Below, in pieces: positions 39,579 through 49,243 of a stretch of 56,759 nucleotides of DNA (position 1 is the stretch's first letter; every line of letters begins with the position of its first letter). Below the pieces are notes generated by a model. It was not told the origin of the DNA, made no database searches, and worked only from the letters and a program-made list of their open reading frames with translations. Source of the stretch: a virus. Lineage: Duplodnaviria; Caudoviricetes. The position numbers were made by a program, and so were the translations under genes. The stretch is taken from IMG/VR virus record IMGVR_UViG_3300032235_001027, positions 1 through 56,759 of that record; one strand, 5' to 3'.

Positions 39579-39923
39579 ATGGCAAAAAAATTGAACAAAA
39601 GAAATTTGCTCAAGAAGTTCTTAGAAATCCCTAGATCCGCATCTAGGGATTTTTATTCTCGCGAAATGAAGATGTTGAATTCCTTAATAGAAAGGTATTC
39701 AGAAGAGTTTGTGTTTAAACTTAATTTTGCTAAAAAATTTGATAGCATGGCAGTTATTATATGTGAGGCGTTCAAATTGGAACTAGATAGAAAGTTCAGA
39801 AATTTCAATTATGAAATTGATTTTTCCAAGTATGAAACTTATAAAATCGACATAGTAAAACACGGTCAAGATTTAAACGTAAAAAGAAAAGTTAAAACAA
39901 TTAGAGATTTTTTAAATGGCTAA
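39579..39923 (+). CDS. Hypothetical basic protein
   Basis: 114-aa ORF overlapping the RecA start. Confidence 0.6.
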   Translation: MAKKLNKRNLLKKFLEIPRSASRDFYSREMKMLNSLIERYSEEFVFKLNFAKKFDSMAVIICEAFKLELDRKFRNFNYEIDFSKYETYKIDIVKHGQDLNVKRKVKTIRDFLNG

Positions 39924-41052
39924 AAAAGACGAAAAAATTATTACTTCAAATGAAATTCTATCTAATTTCTTGAAGACAAACAAAGAAGATCACTTTAATT
40001 TTGAAGAGGATTTTTCTTATAAGGTTTCAAGCGGATCTCTTCAGTTAGATCTGCATATGAATGGTGGATTTGGTCCAGGTCTTCACAGATTTTGCGGAAT
40101 TAATGAGGGTGGTAAAACCTCTCAAGCATTAGAGGTAATGAGGAACTTTTTAAAAACAGTTCCAAATGCTAAGGGTTTTTATATTAAAGCTGAAGGTAGA
40201 CTTTCTCCAGAAATGAAAGAAAGGTCTGGAGTTGCTTTTGTTTCAAATGCTGACGATTGGAATGCTGGAACTTGTTTTGTTTTTGAAAGTAATATCTATG
40301 AAACCGTTGTAGATGCAATGAGATCTTTAGTAGCAAATAATCAAGAAGGGATTAAATATTACTTTCTTCTTGATGCTGTAGATGGTCTTATTTCTAAATG
40401 CGATTTAGATAAAACATTCGAAGATTCAAATAAAGTTGCTGGAGGCGCTGTAATCGCTGCAAACTTCATGAAGCGCATGTCTATCGCCTTGGCAAAGAGA
40501 GGGCATATGGCGGTCTTTATATCGCAAGTGCGAGCCGATATTAAACTAGATCCATACTCCAAAGCTCCAATCAGACAAACTTCTGCAACTGGAGGCAATG
40601 CACTTCTTCATTTTGCGAACTGGATTCTAGAATTTGAACCAAGATTCAATGGCGATATGATCCTTCAAGATCCAAATAATAAAAAAATAGATCTTGAAAA
40701 AAATCCTCCAATCGGACATTGGGCAAAAGTTACTGTAAAAAAATCTCCCAATGAGAAAACAAACTTAACAATTCCATATCCAATCAGATACGGAAGAAAA
40801 AACGGCAACTCTATTTGGATTGAAAAAGAAATCGTAGATCTTCTTTACGCTTGGGAATTCATGACTAGAAGCGGTGCATGGGTAAAGCCTTCAGAAGAGT
40901 TTTTAGAATTAATTAAGGAAGTCGGAATAGAAATACCCGAAAACTTCTCTGGAGAAAAAGGATTATTTAAGTTCATTGAAGATAACTCGGATCTCTGTAA
41001 ATTTTTAATTAATTACTTCAAAAATTCCATCAATGAAATTCAAAACGCTTGA
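39916..41052 (+). CDS. recA: RecA/UvsX-like recombinase
   Basis: SSGSLQLD, Walker A GINEGGKTS, LDAVD, FISQVR, TGGNALLHFA. Confidence 0.85.
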   Translation: MAKKDEKIITSNEILSNFLKTNKEDHFNFEEDFSYKVSSGSLQLDLHMNGGFGPGLHRFCGINEGGKTSQALEVMRNFLKTVPNAKGFYIKAEGRLSPEMKERSGVAFVSNADDWNAGTCFVFESNIYETVVDAMRSLVANNQEGIKYYFLLDAVDGLISKCDLDKTFEDSNKVAGGAVIAANFMKRMSIALAKRGHMAVFISQVRADIKLDPYSKAPIRQTSATGGNALLHFANWILEFEPRFNGDMILQDPNNKKIDLEKNPPIGHWAKVTVKKSPNEKTNLTIPYPIRYGRKNGNSIWIEKEIVDLLYAWEFMTRSGAWVKPSEEFLELIKEVGIEIPENFSGEKGLFKFIEDNSDLCKFLINYFKNSINEIQNA

Positions 41053-41440
41053 TGGAAAAGATAGGGTTGTTAAGAATTTAAAAGACTCACTCATAAAGTG
41101 GGACTCTAAAAGCAGGAGTAAATTGCAGCAAGGTGTCAAGCTATTCTTAAAAAAATATTGGCAAGGAGATGTGGTTTTTGAGGAAATGAGGGTGGCTGGC
41201 ACAAGGCTATCGTTAGACTTTTATAATGCAAATAAAAGAATAGCAATTGAAGTACAGGGAGATCAGCACTTTAAGTTTGTCCCCTTCTTTCATAGTACTA
41301 GAGGAAGTTATTTAAAACAGATAAAAAGAGATGTTAAGAAGATAGAATTTTGTGAATTAAATCAAATTCAACTCATAGAGATTTTTCCAAAAGATGAGCT
41401 GAGTAAAGAATTTTTTGAAAACCTTGGAGTTTATTTATAG
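41033..41440 (+). CDS. Vsr/DUF559-like PD-(D/E)xK endonuclease
   Basis: LDFY...IAIEVQGDQH...RDVKKIEFC. Confidence 0.75.
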   Translation: MKFKTLDGKDRVVKNLKDSLIKWDSKSRSKLQQGVKLFLKKYWQGDVVFEEMRVAGTRLSLDFYNANKRIAIEVQGDQHFKFVPFFHSTRGSYLKQIKRDVKKIEFCELNQIQLIEIFPKDELSKEFFENLGVYL

Positions 41441-41453
41441 TGTAAATAAAAAT

Positions 41454-41741
41454 ATGGCCAAAAAGAAGGTAAAATTCAATAAATTTGAAATTCCAGAGAA
41501 TTTTTTGAATACCTTGTATGAATTAACTGGTTCGGAAAACAAAAATAAAGGCTATATTATTTGCTATATAGATGAGGATGGAAATGGTCAAATTAAACAA
41601 AAATTTGATTGTCAAGCTACAGAATTTGCTCTAACTAAATTTTTAGAGATTTTTATGAACGACAATGCTGAATTGCATGGAATTGAATTTCAAGGAGATG
41701 CATTTGAGAATAATGATGGCGAAGATGAAGAAGAGGATTGA
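41454..41741 (+). CDS. Hypothetical protein with acidic C-terminal tail
   Basis: Likely start MAKKKV at 41454, with GTGTAA (41440-41445) 8 nt upstream. Confidence 0.55.
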   Translation: MAKKKVKFNKFEIPENFLNTLYELTGSENKNKGYIICYIDEDGNGQIKQKFDCQATEFALTKFLEIFMNDNAELHGIEFQGDAFENNDGEDEEED

Positions 41742-41765
41742 CAAGCATCATTGTCATGCTATCAT
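41738..41765 (+). promoter_or_regulatory. Sigma70-like promoter
   Basis: TTGACA-N16-TATCAT; the ATG at 41771 is 5 nt downstream. Confidence 0.55.
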
Positions 41766-41770
41766 TCGGC

Positions 41771-43285
41771 ATGATCTATTCTTACGAACTAGAAAAACAG
41801 CTTTTAGCTGGCTTGATTAAAAATCCCAACTCTTTCATAGACATTTGCTCTTTCGTTAGTGAGAGAGATTTTTACTCTGAAGATTCCGTCTTAAATAAGA
41901 CGATCTTCACTGTCATAAAACAGGCTATCGAAAATGCCGAGGACGTTGATGACGTTATTATCGCCCAGAGAATACAATCTCTGGGCTTGTCTTTTGAGGA
42001 CAATATTAATGTAGCTGACTATATTCGCTCATTGGGAATGAGGAAGGTGTCAGAATCGAGCACTGTTAAGGCCGCTAAAGAACTCAAGAAGTACACAATT
42101 CGCAGAGAAATTTATGAATCTTCTCTTGATGTAGGAAGGAAGATGAAGACAATGGCTCCAGAAAGCTCTTATCTGGATATTGTCAATACTGCTGATAAAA
42201 TCTATAATTCAAAAATAAATCATTACGAAATTGGTGCTGATACTCCAGAGAATATCTACGAAGATATGGAGTATCTCATTGAGGAGAGGGGCAATAATCC
42301 GATTAAGGAATTTGGTCTAATGGGACCGCATAAGAAGGTTAATGATATTTATGGATCTCTTCTCAGACCAGGCAATATAACTGTTATTGTAGCGAGGTCT
42401 GGAGTTGGCAAAACTCAATTCTGCATGGACTACTCAACTAAAGTTGCCGCGCAATATGATATACCAGTTTTGCATTTTGATAATGGCGAAATGAGCAAGG
42501 AAGAATTAATGATGCGCCAATGCACGGCATTGTCTGGAGTTCCAATGCATTTGTTGGAGAACGGACAGTGGAGACAGTGCGGAGAGGCAGTTGTCCAAAA
42601 GGTTAGGTCGGTTTGGCCAAAAGTAAAGAAGATGAAATTCTTTTACTATAACGTGGGTGGAATGGATGTTGACTCAATGATTAACACTTTGAAAAGGTTT
42701 TATTTTTCTCAAGTTGGCAGAGGAAATAAAATGATTTTTAGTTTTGACTATATCAAAACTACTTCTGAAAAAAGTGACAAAAATGAATGGCAAGTAGTTG
42801 GCGAGATGGTGGACAAATTTAAAAAATGCATTCAGAAAGAAATGCTTATTGATGGCAAGCCAATCATTCCAATGATTACATCAGTTCAAAGTAATCGCAG
42901 TGGAATCACAAACAATAGAAACTCTCAGAATATCGTTGATGATGAAAGCATTGTTTCTTTATCAGATAGGATTATTCAATTCTGCTCTCACATGTTTATT
43001 TTGAGAAAGAAGACCACTGATGAAATCCAACAAGAAGCTAGTCAGTTTGGAACTCATAAGTTAATTAATATTAAAGCTAGACATTTGGGTTCAGACTTGG
43101 TAGGAGCATTAGAGCCAGTTTTACTTGGCGATACTTTGAGAAATAATTTTATTAATCTAGAATTTAAAAACTTTGCTATAACAGAAAAGGGCGACTTGAG
43201 AGATGTCGTGCAATTTTTAAACGGCAGAGAAGATTTAGACGAATCAGAATTTAATGGCAGAATACCAGATTTCAATGAACTCTAA
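41771..43285 (+). CDS. dnaB: Replicative DNA helicase, DnaB family
   Basis: ARSGVGKT Walker A, EMSKEEL, FDYI, VQSNR; N-terminal LEKQLLAGL. Likely start MIYSY. Confidence 0.9.
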   Translation: MIYSYELEKQLLAGLIKNPNSFIDICSFVSERDFYSEDSVLNKTIFTVIKQAIENAEDVDDVIIAQRIQSLGLSFEDNINVADYIRSLGMRKVSESSTVKAAKELKKYTIRREIYESSLDVGRKMKTMAPESSYLDIVNTADKIYNSKINHYEIGADTPENIYEDMEYLIEERGNNPIKEFGLMGPHKKVNDIYGSLLRPGNITVIVARSGVGKTQFCMDYSTKVAAQYDIPVLHFDNGEMSKEELMMRQCTALSGVPMHLLENGQWRQCGEAVVQKVRSVWPKVKKMKFFYYNVGGMDVDSMINTLKRFYFSQVGRGNKMIFSFDYIKTTSEKSDKNEWQVVGEMVDKFKKCIQKEMLIDGKPIIPMITSVQSNRSGITNNRNSQNIVDDESIVSLSDRIIQFCSHMFILRKKTTDEIQQEASQFGTHKLINIKARHLGSDLVGALEPVLLGDTLRNNFINLEFKNFAITEKGDLRDVVQFLNGREDLDESEFNGRIPDFNEL

Positions 43286-44285
43286 AATTTATTCATCGTT
43301 AGTTGAATTGGGTTATGAGCTTTCTGATTTCGGAAATCACTGGAGAACGAAAGCTATTTATAGAGGTGGAGATAATCCAACCTCAGTAATGATCTATAAA
43401 GATACTGGAGTATGGAAAGATTTCGTAGCAAACAAGGGCGCAATGCCATTTAAAAAACTTGTTGAATTAACATTAAATACTACTGATTATTCAGTGGTTA
43501 AGAAATACGTAGAAGATTATGCTGACTATAAAGCTGAAGAACCTAAAGAAAAATTAGAAATGGAAAAAGTATATCCAGATGAATGTTTGAAGAAGCTTTT
43601 TCCAAATTATGCTTTTTATGAAAAGCGTGGTATTTCGGAGTCCACGCAATTGATGTATAAATGCGGTTTAGCCTCTGCTGGAAGAATGTATAGGAGAATT
43701 GTTTTTCCTATTTATAATTCAGATAATCAAATCTGTGGCTTTAGCGGAAGAAGACTTGACGAAGACAAGGACGTTCCAAAATGGAAACATATCGGATCTA
43801 AAAATAATTGGGTCTATCCAGCTTGCATTCCGAATTTTCCAGAAATAAACGACGAGGTGATACTTGTTGAAAGTATTGGCGATAGCATGGCATTATCGCA
43901 AAATGGTTATCACAATAATCTTGTGATGTTTGGATTGGACTGCAGCAATGCCTTGATAAATTTCCTTATTTCTAAAAATTTAAAATCCATCTATATTTCA
44001 AACAACAATGATTCTTCGAGTGAAAAAAATAGAGGTTTAATTTCTTCAATCAAAGCGTTCATTAAATTATCTTCTTATTTTGATTTTGACATTTTAAAGA
44101 TAAAGCCTCCAATGCTAAATGATTTTGGAGAGATGCAGCAGTCAGAAAATTCACTTTTATTTTGTGAATGGAACAAAAGAGAATCTTTATCGATTAAAGA
44201 TATCCTAGAGTTCATAAAGAAAAATGAATCAGAATTCAACAAAACAAAGTTAGCAAAATTTTATAAAAAATGTCTGAACGAGTAA
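43275..44285 (+). CDS. DNA primase (Toprim)
   Basis: RIVFPIYN, GFSGR, KWKH, LVESIGD, NDFGE. The start could be 43254 or 43275. Confidence 0.8.
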   Translation: MNSKIYSSLVELGYELSDFGNHWRTKAIYRGGDNPTSVMIYKDTGVWKDFVANKGAMPFKKLVELTLNTTDYSVVKKYVEDYADYKAEEPKEKLEMEKVYPDECLKKLFPNYAFYEKRGISESTQLMYKCGLASAGRMYRRIVFPIYNSDNQICGFSGRRLDEDKDVPKWKHIGSKNNWVYPACIPNFPEINDEVILVESIGDSMALSQNGYHNNLVMFGLDCSNALINFLISKNLKSIYISNNNDSSSEKNRGLISSIKAFIKLSSYFDFDILKIKPPMLNDFGEMQQSENSLLFCEWNKRESLSIKDILEFIKKNESEFNKTKLAKFYKKCLNE

Positions 44286-45274
44286 CGCTATCCGCAAGCA
44301 GAATCAAGACTGCTCAATCTTGTAGTTGGCTTTACTGGTTTAAGTATGTGCTTAAAGCTCCAGACAAAAGTAATGATGGAGCAAAAAGAGGAACGATATG
44401 CCATTTAGTTTTTGAACTACTTGGAGATCCAAAAGAAAAAAAGAACTACGATAAAATCATAGAAAAACAAGATGTTTTTGCGAGTGCAAAAGTTAAAAAA
44501 CTTATCTTGACAGAAGCAAAAAATTCAAATGTTGACGACCAAGAAAACATGGATTTGATTAAAAAAATGACTCTTAATGGATTGAACTATGATTTTTTTG
44601 CTGAGTCGATGGGTGAGATAGATGAAGCTTTCTCAGAAAGAGATTTTGATTTTGATATAGACGACGGACAAGTATCTTATAAGACAAAAGGATTTATAGA
44701 TAAACTTTTTATTAAAAATGAAAAAGCAATTATTAGAGATTTCAAATCGAGTAAAGACGTATTTAAAGGAAAAGATCTGGAAGATAATTTGCAAGATTTA
44801 ATGTATACATTGGCAGTAAAAAAACTTTTCCCTAAATTAAAGAAAATTTATAGTGAATTTGTTTTTTTAAAATTTTCGCCAGATAAAGGTGTCATAAAAA
44901 TGCCGTCAGTATCAGATGCCGAACTAAGAGGTTTTGAGTATCAGTTAACATCAATCCAAAAATATTTAGATAACTTTAATGAAAAAATTGCAATGAAAAA
45001 TTTTGCAGCAAAAGCCGACTTTCCAAAAGACAATTCTTTTGGCGGACCACTGCTATGCGGATATGCAAAATCAGCGGACGAAAAAAAGGTAGACGGATCT
45101 CCCAAGTGGTTTTGCCCAGCTAAATTTGCATTTGATTTTTATCAAATTAAAAAAGATGGAAAGATTGTAGATTCATGCTTCACTAAAGAAAAAAAAGAAT
45201 ATGAAAAAAAATATCCAGAACATGAATTTTTTCTTTTTAAGTATGAAGGCTGTCCCGCTCATAAAAAGCGTTGA
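44270..45274 (+). CDS. PD-(D/E)xK exonuclease (RecB/Cas4-like)
   Basis: LSASRI...C, RGTICH, GFIDKL, IRDFKSS, QDLMY and C-terminal Cys residues. Confidence 0.85.
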   Translation: MSERVTLSASRIKTAQSCSWLYWFKYVLKAPDKSNDGAKRGTICHLVFELLGDPKEKKNYDKIIEKQDVFASAKVKKLILTEAKNSNVDDQENMDLIKKMTLNGLNYDFFAESMGEIDEAFSERDFDFDIDDGQVSYKTKGFIDKLFIKNEKAIIRDFKSSKDVFKGKDLEDNLQDLMYTLAVKKLFPKLKKIYSEFVFLKFSPDKGVIKMPSVSDAELRGFEYQLTSIQKYLDNFNEKIAMKNFAAKADFPKDNSFGGPLLCGYAKSADEKKVDGSPKWFCPAKFAFDFYQIKKDGKIVDSCFTKEKKEYEKKYPEHEFFLFKYEGCPAHKKR

Positions 45275-45298
45275 CATTCGGATTCAATAGTCCATACT
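45271..45298 (+). promoter_or_regulatory. Sigma70-like promoter
   Basis: TTGACA-N16-CATACT; the ATG is 6 nt downstream. Confidence 0.5.
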
Positions 45299-45304
45299 GA
45301 ATTC

Positions 45305-46075
45305 ATGATACCAGTATTTAAGTCAAACTTCTCCATAGGGAAAAGCATACTGACATTAGATTTGCCAGAATCTTGTCCAGATGAAGATGGAGCAGATTCT
45401 ATTTTGCAAATCGCAAAAGATAACAATCTAAATCAAATTGTTCTCGTTGAAGATTCGATGATTGGCTTTTTAGAAGCCCATAAAGCGACAAAGAATTTAA
45501 ATATTCATTTGATTTATGGTTTAAGACTAAATTGCTGTAATGACGTTCTTGACGAGAAGAAAGAACAGTCAAAACATAAGATCATCGTCTTTGCTAAAAA
45601 TGACAACGGGTGTAAATTGTTAAATAAAATTTATTCAAAAGCATTTTGCGACCATTCTGGATTTGTTGACTGTAAAATATTAATGGAACTTTGGGACGAA
45701 AGCTCTCTTAGATTAACGATTCCATTCTATGATTCTTATATCCACAATAACAGCTTTGGATTTGGAACTTGTTTGCCTAATTTTGTTTTCACTAACCCAC
45801 ACTATTTCGTTGAGCGTAATCATTTACCTTTTGATTCGTTGCTCGAAAGACGAATCCTCGAAATAGAAAAAAATCCAACTTTAGTAAAAACAATTCTTTA
45901 TAAAAATAAAAAAGATGTTTTTGCATTTCAAACTTACAAATGCTTAACTAATAGATCCTTCGGAAAAGAAACTTCATTATCAAGTCCAAATTTAAATCAC
46001 TTTGGATCTGACGAGTTTTGTTGGGAAAGTTATTTAGAAGAAAGTAAAAAATATGGAAGACTTGCTACGGTTTAA
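45305..46075 (+). CDS. Stand-alone PHP domain of DNA polymerase III alpha
   Basis: SNFSIGKSIL, LVEDSMIGF, IYGL, FAKNDNGCKLL follow the DnaE PHP pattern. Confidence 0.8.
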   Translation: MIPVFKSNFSIGKSILTLDLPESCPDEDGADSILQIAKDNNLNQIVLVEDSMIGFLEAHKATKNLNIHLIYGLRLNCCNDVLDEKKEQSKHKIIVFAKNDNGCKLLNKIYSKAFCDHSGFVDCKILMELWDESSLRLTIPFYDSYIHNNSFGFGTCLPNFVFTNPHYFVERNHLPFDSLLERRILEIEKNPTLVKTILYKNKKDVFAFQTYKCLTNRSFGKETSLSSPNLNHFGSDEFCWESYLEESKKYGRLATV

Positions 46076-46682
46076 ATTCGATCAAAAATATTTAATTCTT
46101 GATACCGAGACTGAGGGATTAAATTTAATTTCCTCAAGACCTTGGCAAGTATCTTGGATTGCAGCTCAAGGAAAGAATATCAAATCTAAAAATGATAGAT
46201 TTGTTAAATGGTCAAATTTAAATGTAAGTCCTGACGCTGCAAGAATAACTGGATTCAATCAATTTGATTACGAATCTAAAGCAGAAGATCCAAAGAAAGT
46301 TTTGTTAGATTTGTGGTCAGTTATAACTGATCCAAGCTATATTATTGTCGGACAAAACTTACTTAATTTTGATGTTTATATTTTAAATATACTGCGCAAA
46401 TGCTGCGGATTAGATCCTGACTATTCATACGTGCATAGAATTTTGGACACAAGAGCTTTAGCAATGTCTATTGCAATGGGCAATAAGGATATTGACAAGA
46501 GCGATATTTTAACTCAGTATAAGTACATATCTCATAGAGATAAAAAAATTAAAACAAGTCAAGCTGCACTGCTTAAGCAGTATGAAATTGAACACGATCC
46601 GTTGAAGTTGCACAATGCTCTTTATGACATTGAAATGACATTCAAAATCTTTTTAAAACAAATACAAGAAATCAATATTTAA
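46053..46682 (+). CDS. DEDDh 3'-5' exonuclease (DnaQ-like)
   Basis: LDTETEGL, GQNLLNFD, LDT, LHNALYD. Confidence 0.9.
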   Translation: MEDLLRFKFDQKYLILDTETEGLNLISSRPWQVSWIAAQGKNIKSKNDRFVKWSNLNVSPDAARITGFNQFDYESKAEDPKKVLLDLWSVITDPSYIIVGQNLLNFDVYILNILRKCCGLDPDYSYVHRILDTRALAMSIAMGNKDIDKSDILTQYKYISHRDKKIKTSQAALLKQYEIEHDPLKLHNALYDIEMTFKIFLKQIQEINI

Positions 46683-49235
46683 ATGTTCTCTGATTTTCAA
46701 AAATATAAATCTCCAACTGCTGCTGGAGTTCTTTTGCCGAAAATTAAAATTGAAGATAAGTACTACAAGATGTTGAGCGCTCCAAACTCAATATCGAACT
46801 ATGACTTTTTAAGACGCTTGGCTTTCAAGGGAGTAAAAGACAAGAAGATTGATTTGCTAGAAAATAAACAAGAATACCTTGATAGGGCAAAAACTGAACT
46901 GACTATTCTTGAAGAGCTTGGATTTATTGATTATATTTTATTAAACTGGGACATATTAAATTATTGCCATGAGAATGAAATTCCTACTGGAGCTGGTAGA
47001 GGAAGTGCAGCAGGAAGTTTGATTTTATATCTTATTGGTGTAACTAAAGTAGACCCTATTAAATATGGACTATTCTTTGAAAGATTTGTTTCTAAAAGCC
47101 GCGCAAGAAAGATCATTGATAACAATATTGTTTATCTTGATGGTTCTCTGCTGGCAGACGTCGATAATGATATTGCGTATGAAAGAAGAAAAGAAGTCAT
47201 CCAATACATCGAAAACAAATTTAAAGGTAAAACGTGCAAAATTCTTACGATGAATACATTGAGCGGAAAGCTCTGTATTAAAGAATGTGGCAAAATCGTA
47301 GGAGAATTAGAAGAATCAAAAGTAAATGAAATCAGTGAATCTATTCCGAAAAAGTTTGGCAAGGTAGCTCCGCTAACTCAAGCCTTTCAAGAGAGCGATA
47401 AGTTTAGAGAATTTTGCAATGAGCATCCAAAAGTTTATGAGATTGCTAGAAAACTAGAAAACTTAAATAAAAATACTGGAGTTCATCCGTCTGGTATTGC
47501 AATTTCTCATGACGAATTAACAGAGTTAATGCCAGTTCAAAAAACTGGAGATGGCGATTTAGTTTCTGGATACGACATGAACAATGTCTCAGAACTAACA
47601 GTTAAGTTTGATATTCTTGGATTACGTACTCTTTCCGTTCTGCAGGATGTTTGTAAGCAAACTGGAATTAATTTGACGGAGATTGATCTGTCTTCAAATT
47701 TAATCTATGATTATTTAAAAGATCTTCATAATCCACAGGGGTTGTTTCAGATCGAAGCAGATACAAACTTTAGGGTATGCCAAAAGGTTAAACCAAGAAA
47801 CCTTGAAGAGCTTTCGGATGTAGTAGCAATCGCTCGTCCAGGTGCTTTAGAGTTTTTACAGAACTATGCAACTTATATTGAGAGTGGAAACTTTCAAAGC
47901 GTTAATCCATTCTTTGACGAAGAACTTTCTTACACTGGAGGAATTCCACTATATCAAGAACAGTTGATGAAAATGGCGGTCAAGGTTGGATTCACATTGG
48001 ATGAATCTGAGCAATTAAGAAGAATTGTTGGCAAAAAGAAAGTCGATCAAATTGAAGCTTGGAAGCAAAAGATTGAGGACAAGATTAAGGAAAATAATTT
48101 AACTGAAGAGATTGGCAATGTGCTTTGGAAAGTTGCCGAAGATAGTGCGAATTACTCCTTCAACAAATCGCACTCAATATCTTATGCCATTCTAGCTGCT
48201 TGGACTGTTTATTTGAAATTTAACTACCCAAAAGAATTCTTCTTAAGCTTGCTTAAATCTACTCAATACGAACCAGATCCCCACGAAGAGATTTCAAAAA
48301 TATCAAAAGAACTAATTTATTTTGATATGAGGCTTTTAGCTCCAGATTTGATAAAGTCTGACTCTGATTTTAAAATTGAAAACAGAGATATAAGATATGG
48401 CCTGAATTCAATTAAGGGCATATCAACAAAAGTGCTAGAGTCGCTAATTGATTTTAGGCAGAATAGCTTTTCAAATAAATATGATTTATTTATTGCCGCA
48501 AAAGAATCTGGATTGAATATTGGAGCTTTGTCAGCATTAATACAAGCTGGGGCGCTAGACAGTCTATCTAGCGATAGATGTAGGCTAGTTCTAGAGGCTC
48601 AGACATTCAATATTCTGACTGATAGAGAAAAGATACAGTTTGTTAATATTGGATCTATTTATAACTACGACATCCTTCATTCGATCAAAGAGGTTGTCTC
48701 AAAAGACATGGTGGGAGACGACAACAAGAAAATAATGACCGCCAAAAGATTTGAAACATTTAAAAAGAAATACGAACCATACAAAGAAATTTATGAAAAA
48801 AATGTTAAGCACCAAAAATTTGCAAACTGGTTTTTTGAAAAGAAACTTTTAGGCTATAGCTACTCTTATAATATTCGAGATATCTTTAAAGATTCGGACG
48901 ACAAACGATTTACTAGCAGTTTGGAATTTAGGGCAACCGAAAACAATACTAACATTAGAGTTGTGGGATGGGTTTCTGAAGCTGAAAAGAGAACTAGTAG
49001 AAACCAAAACAAATACCTGAAAGTAAGTCTTCAGGATGAATTGGGCTCTGTCACTGCAATGCTGATGGATGGAAGGGATAATAAAATGACTCAATATTTT
49101 GAAAATGGAGGCAAAATACCTAAAGAGGATAGCGTAGTTGTATTGACAGGCAGGAAATCAAATGATACCATGTTCTTGGATAATCTTTTTATATTGGATG
49201 AAAAGATTTATATGAAATTGTCAGAATTGAAATAG
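46683..49235 (+). CDS. dnaE: DNA polymerase III alpha catalytic core (lacks PHP)
   Basis: GRGSAAGSL, FERF, ADVDND, KFDILGL, YQEQ, YSFNKSH, C-terminal OB fold. Confidence 0.95.
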   Translation: MFSDFQKYKSPTAAGVLLPKIKIEDKYYKMLSAPNSISNYDFLRRLAFKGVKDKKIDLLENKQEYLDRAKTELTILEELGFIDYILLNWDILNYCHENEIPTGAGRGSAAGSLILYLIGVTKVDPIKYGLFFERFVSKSRARKIIDNNIVYLDGSLLADVDNDIAYERRKEVIQYIENKFKGKTCKILTMNTLSGKLCIKECGKIVGELEESKVNEISESIPKKFGKVAPLTQAFQESDKFREFCNEHPKVYEIARKLENLNKNTGVHPSGIAISHDELTELMPVQKTGDGDLVSGYDMNNVSELTVKFDILGLRTLSVLQDVCKQTGINLTEIDLSSNLIYDYLKDLHNPQGLFQIEADTNFRVCQKVKPRNLEELSDVVAIARPGALEFLQNYATYIESGNFQSVNPFFDEELSYTGGIPLYQEQLMKMAVKVGFTLDESEQLRRIVGKKKVDQIEAWKQKIEDKIKENNLTEEIGNVLWKVAEDSANYSFNKSHSISYAILAAWTVYLKFNYPKEFFLSLLKSTQYEPDPHEEISKISKELIYFDMRLLAPDLIKSDSDFKIENRDIRYGLNSIKGISTKVLESLIDFRQNSFSNKYDLFIAAKESGLNIGALSALIQAGALDSLSSDRCRLVLEAQTFNILTDREKIQFVNIGSIYNYDILHSIKEVVSKDMVGDDNKKIMTAKRFETFKKKYEPYKEIYEKNVKHQKFANWFFEKKLLGYSYSYNIRDIFKDSDDKRFTSSLEFRATENNTNIRVVGWVSEAEKRTSRNQNKYLKVSLQDELGSVTAMLMDGRDNKMTQYFENGGKIPKEDSVVVLTGRKSNDTMFLDNLFILDEKIYMKLSELK

Positions 49236-49243
49236 TGTAAAAT

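Noticed and set aside
30838-49235. Inteins or introns in nrdA, recA, dnaB or dnaE
   Set aside because: Lengths are normal or short, and no splice-junction or homing-endonuclease motifs were seen.
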